In this document: positions 40,301 to 46,830 of the stretch, piece by piece
Position numbering within the stretch: position 1 is the stretch's first letter
Layout of the letters: each line of letters starts with the position of its first letter
Assembly (NCBI GenBank): GCA_964497975.1
Contig: CAZCFO010000003.1
Location: 6,620-70,619 of the forward strand
DNA: 64,000 bases
Origin: an uncultured Candidatus Peribacteria bacterium
GTDB lineage: Bacteria > Patescibacteriota > Gracilibacteria > Peribacterales > Peribacteraceae
Reading direction: 5' to 3'
Notes under the pieces: generated by a model
Database searches by the model: none
The model's input: only the letters and a program-made list of their open reading frames with translations
What the model was told of the DNA's origin: nothing
Made by a program: the position numbers and the translations under genes

Positions 40301-41288
40301 CCTGTTGTTTTGCGAGGAACATCTCCACCAGTCCCTCCACTTCCGCATCCAGCGCATCCACGAGCAGCGTTTCGTTCTGCAGCGTCTGCCAGACCGTCCC
40401 CAGTTCTTCCTGCCGTTCCTCGAGAAGGTTTTCCGTTTCCGAGAACGCGGCGAAGACCGCGTCATATGCCGCGCGTGAGGCCTTCACTTCCCCCCGCAGT
40501 CGCTCCACGGCCGCATCCAGGGACGACAGCGCTCTCTCGGCGTCCTGGCGGCGGGTCTGGGCCCCGGCAATGTCGGCCGGCAATACGTTCAGCCGGTCCT
40601 GCAGGCGGGCGAGCTCCGCTTCGTCCGCCGCTTTCGCCGCGTTGACCGCGGTGATCTGCGCAGATACGACCGTGCGCTGCGCCTGCACGCCGTCGATCTG
40701 GGGCTGCAGAATTTTGATCGAGGATTCCAGCGAGGATTTCTTGCTGAGCAATTTCTTGTCTCTGGGACGCTTGGTCAGTTCCTGCGTGACGATTACAAGG
40801 TCTTTCTGCAGCGTCTCCATTTTGGTGAGCATCGGGGCAAGCGTCGTCTGCAATTGCTCGCTTTGCGCGCCAAATGAGGTGAGCTGCGACTGAAATGCGG
40901 TGATTTCCCCCTGCAACGCGGAGACTCTCTGCAGCGCGGAGCCCTGCTCCGCACGCAGGGACGTTTCCTGTCCCTGAAAGGTCTGAACGTTCTGGGTCAA
41001 GGGGGGCCGCTGGTCGAGGGCTCCCTGCAGCTGACTGTTCACGACGTCCCACGCCGAGCGCGCCGCTTCCGTCCCCGCTTGTCTGGCGCCCAAATCCTGC
41101 GTGAGCAGGGAGACGTCGTTTTGCAGGAGGCCCGCGCGGGATGTGACGGTATCCAGGACGGCGTGCTCCTGCTGCCACGCCACTATCTGCGGGTCGGCGA
41201 CCAGGGCGGGAGGAACGCTCACTAGCGCGGGCGTGTCCCGGGTTTCGAGTTGTTCAACGTTCAAGGCTGTGTCGCGGCGGTTGTCCAT
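37305..41288 (-). CDS. 1327-aa protein: N-terminal coiled coil, large central region, C-terminal CHAP/NlpC-P60-like cysteine peptidase domain
   Basis: About 330 aa of Q/L/A/E-rich heptad-like sequence. The C-terminus has GLEQCKTWIQNW (Cys), GSIPHTMLITKI (His) and LWVLDTNF (polar third residue), arranged as in CHAP domains. No classical signal peptide. Confidence 0.85.
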   Translation of the reverse strand: MDNRRDTALNVEQLETRDTPALVSVPPALVADPQIVAWQQEHAVLDTVTSRAGLLQNDVSLLTQDLGARQAGTEAARSAWDVVNSQLQGALDQRPPLTQNVQTFQGQETSLRAEQGSALQRVSALQGEITAFQSQLTSFGAQSEQLQTTLAPMLTKMETLQKDLVIVTQELTKRPRDKKLLSKKSSLESSIKILQPQIDGVQAQRTVVSAQITAVNAAKAADEAELARLQDRLNVLPADIAGAQTRRQDAERALSSLDAAVERLRGEVKASRAAYDAVFAAFSETENLLEERQEELGTVWQTLQNETLLVDALDAEVEGLVEMFLAKQQELLSPQAPLVPQATVKESFVRMSMGVEITGDMDWLYLRTKYFSGTASFTLGSATITPEAGDRVIKVPRWVVPETIRGDLPAIQTIVNRQMQSWDMPAAMTATGDLFSHSVIGTWSAEVVTTGGNATPLSFSQLAPIGTLSGVSPDGTQGKEIPRITPRVEIYPDGDTQKQRFTLRNFAEGYVLEYIRPWKNPVTLDIAAGTSVMEIPLDARDWNIRTKAGAYVMGDTYTGQPSAFNLSQIAYAPPAGTRDLPLSVAVNRSDAPAALEGTGNAAPLAGQTLLVHPTTDKDVRVLFTPNGSGTAMLRGSITDLDARVGDGVTVALSIRSADGTMREQWRKAIANGGALSNFDNLPLDQRLFGLAAGDSIVLTITSGADDLCDSIQVDLKAAFVPTSVPRQGEYGMGNVNPALQNLLATGIIEKLNLFDRGPGVVTINSSSTDIARWQMGSAAYDQLSPQGQSDLRNAIEVAKGRMWDAYLVAVQDTWNTVLMEMNGVVLPRNTSPIKDPTGHNAQASIPNLPSRDEIYRMCKARCEEIYEQEYERICADSIAVFNAEHAASVRSQEQDQALHDALAAAGLLHVQNIPIAQRTTEQQLALDKVFVAVAGAPDRAGWTVAEFTKFSGAVVAASKVEPPKEFVTQEGTAIAYRNSMGEGLILQRNSDGTFTLRQSAYLVATAGGIPPSTFNPITLIARDLSEVSKWISAKMQGTEQLVTGVSSSFTSFFNSLKPALQVGVQKVVERAANTSGIPRNWDDLTDAQKKIAQEVLSIDNFNELPETNQKILTYVMNSIIPTLKYQNNGTYPFIGELHGTGLEQCKTWIQNWLQSSGITLNKLPTNKTSDIKGIGSYEWNSFSSTTANVTVVASIRGDKTFEEMINNSSDVKVGDVVQMGYGSIPHTMLITKIQSDGLWVLDTNFGNNENWMEIKDFPGDINTHLEITRGVIDEFTHSPRELTAEEKNAGIQPTLWKQPDNTPRYHFMSFNSLNLKATYTTIYRIES

Positions 41289-41556
41289 GAGAAAGGATGG
41301 GAAGAAATCCTGGCCATCAAAGCGTGTACGACGGAGGGGTGTCAGATGCCTGAGGAGTCTTTCTTTTGCATTCCCATTTTTTTGTCTTCAACTAGGGCTC
41401 TTCCCGGTTCCATATCCCTGTGGAACAGGGGCCAATATTCATACGATTCACAATAGCCAAGCCTTCGATGCAATGTCCATGAGTGCACCACCTTTCACTT
41501 GAACTGCTTCCGCTTGGGTCTCCATACTGTCCCCTGAACTTTCCCCACAGCCCGTT

Positions 41557-43014
41557 ATGAAATCCCGCCTCCTTCTTTCCGCAGTCTTCCTTCTCGGCCT
41601 CGGCGTCGGTGCGCTCGCGACCGTGGGTGCCGCGGACGTGCTCGGCTCCGCCGTCTTCAGCGACGTGCCCTCCGGCTCGTACTACGATGCTCCCATCGGC
41701 CGTCTCTACGGACAGGGGATCATCAAAGGATCTGGCGGCCGGTACAACCCCGCAGACTTTGTGACTCGCGCCGACATCGCCGTGATGCTCGATCGGGCGC
41801 TCAACGGCGGCGAAGGCGTGAGCAGCCGTTCCAGCAGCAGCCGCGCTCCGCGTTCGTCTTCCTCCAGCAGCAGCGTGTCGTCCTCGTCCAGCGTCAGCTC
41901 GGTTGCCAACATCGGCGCCGCGGGCGGATTCCGGTTCACGAACGAGAAGTTCAACTTCCCCGAGAGCGCGTCCAACGTGACCATCGGCGTGCAGCGCTAC
42001 GGCGGGACGGCTGGGAGCGTGACGGTGAAGTACCGGACGGTCGACGGGTCCGCCAAGAACGAGAAGCGGTACAACGCGAAGGAGGGGACGCTGTCGTTCG
42101 GCGACGGCGAGACGAACAAGACCATTTCGCTGCACTTCATCAACAACCTGATCGCCGATCCCAACGAGACGTTCACCATCGAGCTCTTTGAGGCCACGGG
42201 CGGCGCGGTCGTCGGTACCCCTGCGACCACCACCGTCACGATCCTGGACAACGACGGAGGCGGCGGCACCACGGTCTCGTCCTCGTCCTCGTCGTCCCTC
42301 AACTCCAGCGCCGCTGCCAGCGCGCCGGGCGGGGTGATCACCTTCAGCGCCTGGGCGTACGCGGTGGACGAGAAGGCCGGATCCATCACCGTCAACGTGC
42401 TGCGCAAGAGCAACAGCTCCGCGGCGGTCAACGTCGACTACGCCACGGTGGCGGGCTCCGCGACGGCCGGCACCAACTACACGCACACCGCGGGGACGCT
42501 CAGCTTCGCCGCCGGCGAGACCAGCAAGTCCTTCACGGTCCCCGTGCTCTCGCAGACGACCATCGACGGCAACAAGAGCCTCACGCTCAAGCTGACGAAT
42601 CCCACGGGCGGAGCCCTGCTGGATTCGCCGAGCTCCGTGACGCTCACCGTCATCGACAACGAAGCCGTGGGGGCGGCGGGCTCGGGCACGGTCATGCTCT
42701 CGACCTCCACGTACACGGCATCGCGCCGCGACGCGAGCGCGCTCATCACGGTCCATCGCCGCGGCAGCTACACGGGCACGGTCACCCTCAGTTACGCCAC
42801 CTCCGACAGCACGGCGATCGCGGGCACCAATTACACCGCCACGTCGGGCACCATGACCTTCGCGCCCGGAGAGTCGAACAAGTCGTTCACCATCCCGCTG
42901 CTCACCGCATCGTTCATCGGCGAGAAGAACGTGAACCTGACGCTCAGCAACCTGAGCGGCAACGCGGCATGGGGCACGCCCAACACCGGAGTGCTGACGA
43001 TCTACGGACAGTAA
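41557..43014 (+). CDS. S-layer-homology (SLH) domain protein with four Calx-beta domains
   Basis: Signal peptide, then SLH (FSDVPSGSYYDAPIGRLYGQGIIKG...VTRADIAVMLDRAL) and a poly-Ser linker. Four repeats follow of the type Y.T.DGSA.AG.DY....GTL.F..GET.K.F.......D..NE.F. Confidence 0.88.
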   Translation: MKSRLLLSAVFLLGLGVGALATVGAADVLGSAVFSDVPSGSYYDAPIGRLYGQGIIKGSGGRYNPADFVTRADIAVMLDRALNGGEGVSSRSSSSRAPRSSSSSSSVSSSSSVSSVANIGAAGGFRFTNEKFNFPESASNVTIGVQRYGGTAGSVTVKYRTVDGSAKNEKRYNAKEGTLSFGDGETNKTISLHFINNLIADPNETFTIELFEATGGAVVGTPATTTVTILDNDGGGGTTVSSSSSSSLNSSAAASAPGGVITFSAWAYAVDEKAGSITVNVLRKSNSSAAVNVDYATVAGSATAGTNYTHTAGTLSFAAGETSKSFTVPVLSQTTIDGNKSLTLKLTNPTGGALLDSPSSVTLTVIDNEAVGAAGSGTVMLSTSTYTASRRDASALITVHRRGSYTGTVTLSYATSDSTAIAGTNYTATSGTMTFAPGESNKSFTIPLLTASFIGEKNVNLTLSNLSGNAAWGTPNTGVLTIYGQ

Positions 43015-43015
43015 T

Positions 43016-43079
43016 CCCTCGATACGTTCGCATCTCCGATGCGAACTACCTGCCTGCCGGCAGGCAGGCTCGGGATGAC
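43016..43079 (-). repeat. GTAG-box hairpin element 1 (reverse orientation) with a nested 20-bp palindrome
   Basis: CCCTCGATACG TTCGCATC TCC GATGCGAA CTAC, then CCTGCCTGCCGGCAGGCAGG, then CTCGGGATGAC. Lies between the stop codon and the terminator. Confidence 0.75.
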
Positions 43080-43090
43080 ATGAGCATCCA

Positions 43091-43123
43091 GCCGGCGCTC
43101 CGCGAGGGGCGCCGGTTTTTTTT
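43091..43123 (+). terminator. rho-independent terminator
   Basis: GCCGGCGC-tccgcgagg-GGCGCCGG followed by T8. Confidence 0.8.
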
Positions 43124-43124
43124 G

Positions 43125-43168
43125 TTCCTCGTACGCTGCCGGCTCCGCCGGCAGCTACTCGGAATGAC
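43125..43168 (-). repeat. GTAG-box hairpin element 2 (reverse orientation)
   Basis: TTCCTCGTACG CTGCCGGC TCC GCCGGCAG CTACTCGGAATGAC. Confidence 0.8.
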
Positions 43169-43190
43169 AGTGCATTTTTTTAAAAGGTAA

Positions 43191-43235
43191 CCCCTCGATA
43201 CGAAACCTGCTCCGCAGGTTTCTACTCGGGGGCAT
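43191..43235 (-). repeat. GTAG-box hairpin element 3 (reverse orientation, degenerate GTCAT end)
   Basis: CCCCTCGATACG AAACCTGC TCC GCAGGTTT CTACTCGGGGGCAT. Confidence 0.75.
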
Positions 43236-43251
43236 CTGTAATAGTACGTGC

Positions 43252-43290
43252 GCCGAGTAGTTCAGCGCGGAGCGCTGAACGTATCGAGGC
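43252..43290 (+). repeat. GTAG-box hairpin element 4 (forward)
   Basis: GCCGAGTAG TTCAGCGC GGA GCGCTGAA CGTATCGAGGC. Confidence 0.8.
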
Positions 43291-43310
43291 GTTACTCTTT
43301 CAAACCCTAT

Positions 43311-43354
43311 GTCATTCCGAGTAGCCCGCTTCGGAGAAGCGGGCGTACGAGGAA
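43311..43354 (+). repeat. GTAG-box hairpin element 5 (forward)
   Basis: GTCATTCCGAGTAG CCCGCTTC GGA GAAGCGGG CGTACGAGGAA. Confidence 0.8.
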
Positions 43355-43391
43355 CGGATAATTCTGAGCCAGGCACGGGCGTATGAGCAAC

Positions 43392-43415
43392 AAAAAACCC
43401 TCTCATCCGAGAGGG
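43392..43415 (-). terminator. rho-independent terminator for the 43481-44389 gene
   Basis: On the minus strand: CCCTCTC-GGAT-GAGAGGG followed by T6. Confidence 0.75.
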
Positions 43416-43435
43416 CTCTTGGGGATTGAACGCCT

Positions 43436-43480
43436 GTCATCCCGAGTAGCTGGTGCCGGAGGCACCAGCGTATCGAGGGG
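43436..43480 (+). repeat. GTAG-box hairpin element 6 (forward)
   Basis: GTCATCCCGAGTAG CTGGTGCC GGA GGCACCAG CGTATCGAGGGG. Abuts the stop codon of the minus-strand gene. Confidence 0.8.
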
Positions 43481-44389
43481 TTAGTAGCAGTTGATGCCTT
43501 CCCTGCACGGGTACATTCCGTACACGTCCGTCGATGTGCGGCCGTTGTACCACGTGTTCTCGGTCCCGTAGACGGTGCCGCGCGGCGTCAGGCGGTAGCC
43601 GTAGTTGGGCGGCTGGACTTCCCCCAGGCGGCGGTAGACGGGCGGGTACCCGACCGGGCCGTAGATGCCGTCCTCGCGGTATTCGATCGCGTTGGAGCCG
43701 AAGCCGCTGGCCAGCACGCGGGTCGTCATGGAATCGAGGCTGCTTCCGGCGTGCGCCTGGAAGGCGAGCGTGCGGCCCACGGGGATGTTGCCGCGCACGT
43801 AGGCGTTTACCTGCACCGTGCGGCTGGACATGGGCGGCATCTGCATCGTGTTCCAGCGGACGTTCTTGCCGTCGCTGTAGCCGCCGAACGTGGCGCTTTC
43901 GAAGACCGTGTCGCTGTCGAGGTACGCGCGCAGGTCCACCGTGCGCGTCTGGCTGTCGTTGTTGCGGAGGTAGACGTTGTACGTGATGAGGCCGCGCGGG
44001 GCGACCGTGGTGGGCGACGACGAGACGCGGACCGTCACTTCGCCCGTGCAATCCGTCGTGGGGGTGCAGGCGTAGCGGTAACCGTACATGTTGCCGTTCA
44101 CCGTCGCGGACCAGGGCTGGCGGATGACCGGCTGCGCGTAGCGGACCGGCTGGCGGTACGTCGGTGCGACGTAGACGTTGCGGTAATCCGGGTCAGCGGC
44201 GTTGCGGTAGTCGATGTAGCTGTAATCGCTGCACTCGCCGCGGGCGTTCCAGGCATGGCAGACGAAGCCCGGGTAGGAGCGGAAGGGGAGCGACGCGTCG
44301 TACGCGAAGGCGGGGGAGATGAGAAGGGCGCCGGACACGATTCCCGTGAGGGAAGCGGCGATGCGGAGGGAGAGTGGACAATTTTTCAT
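43481..44389 (-). CDS. secreted protein with DUF11-like (conserved repeat) domain and Tyr/Pro/Arg-rich flanks
   Basis: Signal peptide MKNCPLSLRIAASLTGIVSGALLISPAFA. Core LITYNVYLRNNDSQTRTVDLRAYLDSDTVFESAT...VRW. Confidence 0.75.
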   Translation of the reverse strand: MKNCPLSLRIAASLTGIVSGALLISPAFAYDASLPFRSYPGFVCHAWNARGECSDYSYIDYRNAADPDYRNVYVAPTYRQPVRYAQPVIRQPWSATVNGNMYGYRYACTPTTDCTGEVTVRVSSSPTTVAPRGLITYNVYLRNNDSQTRTVDLRAYLDSDTVFESATFGGYSDGKNVRWNTMQMPPMSSRTVQVNAYVRGNIPVGRTLAFQAHAGSSLDSMTTRVLASGFGSNAIEYREDGIYGPVGYPPVYRRLGEVQPPNYGYRLTPRGTVYGTENTWYNGRTSTDVYGMYPCREGINCY

Positions 44390-44526
44390 AGGGATGATGC
44401 TATGCTGTACGTACGGCAACTGTCAATCGTTCTGTCAATCTCTCTGCGTCTTTCCGGAGGCGTGAATTTGCGCTCCGTCTTGCGAACGGGGGTAGAATTC
44501 GCCTGTTTCTTCCCCACCCCCTCTCT

Positions 44527-44847
44527 ATGTCCTGCGGATCCTGTTGCTCGTCGGGCTGCGGCCCGTGTCTCGTCTGCAAAATCGCCAGCGGCATCGTCGG
44601 GCTCCTCGTGACCGTCACGACCGTCGCGACGCTCATCGGCGTCTGGATGACGCACAACACCCCCGAGGGCTGGGCCTTCGGCACGCCGAACGGATCGCTC
44701 TCCGTGATCGCCTTCGTGGTCTCGGCCGCGGTCTGGCTGAAGATCTTCAAGAAGATGTGCGGCTGCTGCGGCAAGAAGGGCGGCGCCTGCAAGGATGGCG
44801 CCTGTACGGATGGCGGTTGCGGCGACGGCTCGTGCGGCGGCAAGTGA
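44527..44847 (+). CDS. Cys-rich 2-TM small protein
   Basis: MSCGSCCSSGCGPCLVCK, TM, loop, TM, then KKMCGCCGKKGGACKDGACTDGGCGDGSCGGK. 106 aa. Confidence 0.65.
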   Translation: MSCGSCCSSGCGPCLVCKIASGIVGLLVTVTTVATLIGVWMTHNTPEGWAFGTPNGSLSVIAFVVSAAVWLKIFKKMCGCCGKKGGACKDGACTDGGCGDGSCGGK

Positions 44848-44881
44848 GCCACGACGTGAATCGTGAATCATGAATCGTGAA

Positions 44882-44909
44882 GCGGTCCGCCTCGGCGGGC
44901 CGCTTTTTT
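44882..44909 (+). terminator. rho-independent terminator
   Basis: GCGGTCCGCC-tc-GGCGGGCCGC followed by T6. Preceded by direct units GTGAATCGTGAATCATGAATCGTGAA. Confidence 0.65.
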
Positions 44910-44913
44910 CGAT

Positions 44914-44993
44914 GTCATCCCGCGTGCCCGTCCGTAGCTCGGAAGAGCGAAGGCGGGAGTAGTTCGTGGCGGCCCACGAACGTAACGAGGGAC
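44914..44993 (+). repeat. GTAG-box hairpin element 7 (forward, with internal insertion)
   Basis: GTCATCCCG [34-nt insert] GAGTAG TTCGTGG CGGC CCACGAA CGTAACGAGGGAC. Confidence 0.65.
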
Positions 44994-45096
44994 AAACAGC
45001 GGCCCGGCTTCCCCCGTACCAGTCGCTGCGCTCCGGTACAGGACATGGCGCTACTCGGACACGTTCAAACAGCGGGGCAGCGCTGTCTGGAGTCTC

Positions 45097-45441
45097 CTAC
45101 TCCTTCTTCAATTTCGGGCGGACGAAGACTTCCCTCGCATCATCCTGATGCGTGAGGGCGACATAACTGGTGCCATTCAGGCCTATGTGCTTGACCTGGA
45201 TTTCACCTTCCTTGGCTTCGCGACTGACAAACGTTTTTGTGGTTCCGTCCGTGTAATCGATCCGGACGGATTTTTCTCCGATAGTGAAGCCGGAGACCGG
45301 AGTTGCGTTGGTCAACTCCGAATGCTGTCTCCAGGTTGTGATCGCCGCGAGGACGACCACGACAATAAGGGCCAGGATAACCGCATACTCGACGGCCGTC
45401 GGGCCGTCGTCGCGCTTCAAAAAAGAAAGAACTCGTTTCAT
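45097..45441 (-). CDS. Flp/Fap-type pilin-like protein with extended C-terminal domain
   Basis: MKRVLSFLKRDDG/PTAVEYAVILALIVVVVLAAI matches the Flp prepilin motif G/xxxxEY plus a hydrophobic helix. GGAG lies 8 nt upstream. About 75 extra C-terminal residues. Confidence 0.7.
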   Translation of the reverse strand: MKRVLSFLKRDDGPTAVEYAVILALIVVVVLAAITTWRQHSELTNATPVSGFTIGEKSVRIDYTDGTTKTFVSREAKEGEIQVKHIGLNGTSYVALTHQDDAREVFVRPKLKKE

Positions 45442-45715
45442 GGAAAAAACTCCGGTTGTTGCTGCCCCACATCGTCCTCCTTCCTTCGCTCTGCCCAGCG
45501 ACGGTCGAAAGACGATCGTGGGACGTTGCGGGTCCGCGGCCGGCAAACGGCCAGCCACGGTTTCCTCGGAATGAGGACGAGTGGGTCAAGGCGGTGGATT
45601 TTCAAAAAACAGTGGGTCATTCTGACCGCATGCCAACAAAATTCAATAGCAGATGAGCTCCGCACCGCTTTGTATCACGAAACGGCGAGGGCAGCGCCGC
45701 TTGGGGGAGTCGAGG

Positions 45716-45913
45716 TCACTTTTTGGTGACCCCGTGGATGACGGGATGCGCCGGACGCTGAGGCGGTTTTCTCAATTCAGAGAAAATCACCCAGGCGAAG
45801 ACGACGATGAGAATCATCGACGCATACACATTGCATTCCGTTGCACTCAGACTTTCCAGGAAAGCCTGAATCCGTGCGTGAATTCTTTTCACGAACTCGA
45901 CAATGTTTTTCAC
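45716..45913 (-). CDS. small single-TM protein (non-canonical Flp-like core), GTG start
   Basis: VKNIVEFVKRIHARIQAFLESLSATECNVYASMILIVVFAWVIF... GTGA overlap with the stop of the preceding 38-aa ORF. Confidence 0.35.
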   Translation of the reverse strand: MKNIVEFVKRIHARIQAFLESLSATECNVYASMILIVVFAWVIFSELRKPPQRPAHPVIHGVTKK

Positions 45914-46026
45914 AGGAATTTCTCCAAAACAATAACCAGAAGCAGAAGAAAAATGACCAGCAGGCCGAGCATGAATGCTTTCGCGTGCTCCACGCTGCCG
46001 CGACGCCGTCGGAAGCAATATTTCAT
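45910..46026 (-). CDS. 38-aa hydrophobic peptide
   Basis: My translation is MKYCFRRRRGSVEHAKAFMLGLLVIFLLLLVIVLEKFL. GGAG lies 5 nt upstream of the ATG at 46026. Confidence 0.35.
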   Translation of the reverse strand: MKYCFRRRRGSVEHAKAFMLGLLVIFLLLLVIVLEKFL

Positions 46027-46138
46027 ACGGACTCCTTATCTGTGCTGCCCCCACGATCCTCCTTCCTGGACGGAAACCGCACCGAGCGGTCTCACGGGAA
46101 AAGAGGAATAGTAGGGGAAGGGGAATGACAAAGAGCGG

Positions 46139-46390
46139 TCAGCCGAGCGGTGCCATCAGGCAGACGTTGCTTTCGCCGGTCTCGGGATCGATGTGGGTGC
46201 CGCACATGGGCAGGGAGATGGAGCGGTTCGCGCGCTTTTCCAAAACCCTCCGGAATTTTTTCTCATCCACTTCCCTCATTTTCTGAAGGTTCCGGCAGGA
46301 CTTTCCCATTTTCTTCCGTGCAGGGGCCACGGCCAATGTCGGAACAATGGGCTCGTCGTACAAGCCGTCGATTTCCACCTGGGAAGGCAC
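46139..46390 (-). CDS. small hypothetical protein
   Basis: 83 codons from GTG 46390, which sits 6 nt after a TTGACT-N17-TTAAAT promoter. An internal ATG (MGKSC) is an alternative start. Confidence 0.45.
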   Translation of the reverse strand: MPSQVEIDGLYDEPIVPTLAVAPARKKMGKSCRNLQKMREVDEKKFRRVLEKRANRSISLPMCGTHIDPETGESNVCLMAPLG

Positions 46391-46396
46391 GAAGCA

Positions 46397-46425
46397 ATTT
46401 AAAAATATTTATGACTTATAGTCAA
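46397..46425 (-). promoter_or_regulatory. sigma70-type promoter TTGACT-N17-TTAAAT
   Basis: Read on the minus strand directly after the terminator at 46446-46476. Confidence 0.5.
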
Positions 46426-46445
46426 TGTTCGAATTTCCGCACACG

Positions 46446-46476
46446 CAAAAGGCTGGGGGGCGACGGAATCCCAGCC
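46446..46476 (-). terminator. rho-independent terminator
   Basis: On the minus strand: GGCTGGG-attccgtcgc-CCCCAGCC followed by TTTTG. Confidence 0.65.
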
Positions 46477-46501
46477 ATGTTCGACGTGAGTCGAAAGATT
46501 T

Positions 46502-46618
46502 TTACATCAGGCCGAGAGCGTGCAGGACGCACCCGGCCAACATGAGGCCGCCCGCGAGAGCGGCGAGGCAATCGCGCCATGACATGTTTTCGACGACGGG
46601 GAACTGATTCTGGCTCAT
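46502..46618 (-). CDS. 38-aa membrane peptide
   Basis: My translation is MSQNQFPVVENMSWRDCLAALAGGLMLAGCVLHALGLM. AAGGAG lies 8 nt upstream. Directly preceded by leader copy A. Confidence 0.45.
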   Translation of the reverse strand: MSQNQFPVVENMSWRDCLAALAGGLMLAGCVLHALGLM

Positions 46619-46633
46619 TGTGGAACTCCTTGT

Positions 46634-46750
46634 GCCCCCACAGCATCCTCTTTCTCATTCACCTTGCCGGTGAATCGAAGATTCACTGTGGGCAAAATGA
46701 TGGTGCGTCGGCTTGGAGCCGACGTTCCCTCGAAAAAGAGGGTGCGTGGG
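46634..46750 (-). promoter_or_regulatory. structured leader element, copy A
   Basis: Shares the 5' arm CCCACGCACCCTCTTTTTCGAGG and the 3' arm GAGAAAGAGGATGCTGTGGGGGCA with copies B and C. The internal hairpins differ by compensatory changes. Confidence 0.6.
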
Positions 46751-46830
46751 GATGATGCGGTGATGACAAGGGCCAAAATCGCTGAGGGGCAGTCAGCGAG
46801 ATGTGGCATGGCGCGAGGCCCTGCCAAAAA

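Noticed and set aside
43311-43354. Hammerhead-like layout (conserved box, hairpin, conserved box).
   Set aside because: The boxes read CCGAGTAG and CGTA(T)CGAGG. The invariant hammerhead core (CUGAUGA ... GAAA) is absent, and the flanks cannot form stems I and III.
43016-43480. Possible CRISPR array, given the regularly recurring palindromic repeats.
   Set aside because: The units occur in both orientations and the spacing is irregular (roughly 10-80 nt). The variable part is the hairpin stem itself rather than a spacer between identical repeats. No cas genes are present in the window.
45716-46054. 112-aa ORF from the track as a single gene.
   Set aside because: Its first 47 residues (MGAAQIRSPYEILLPTASRQRG...) look non-coding. 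That stretch is better explained by a different-frame 38-aa ORF with a GGAG site (45910-46026), followed by a GTG-started 65-aa ORF joined by a GTGA overlap.
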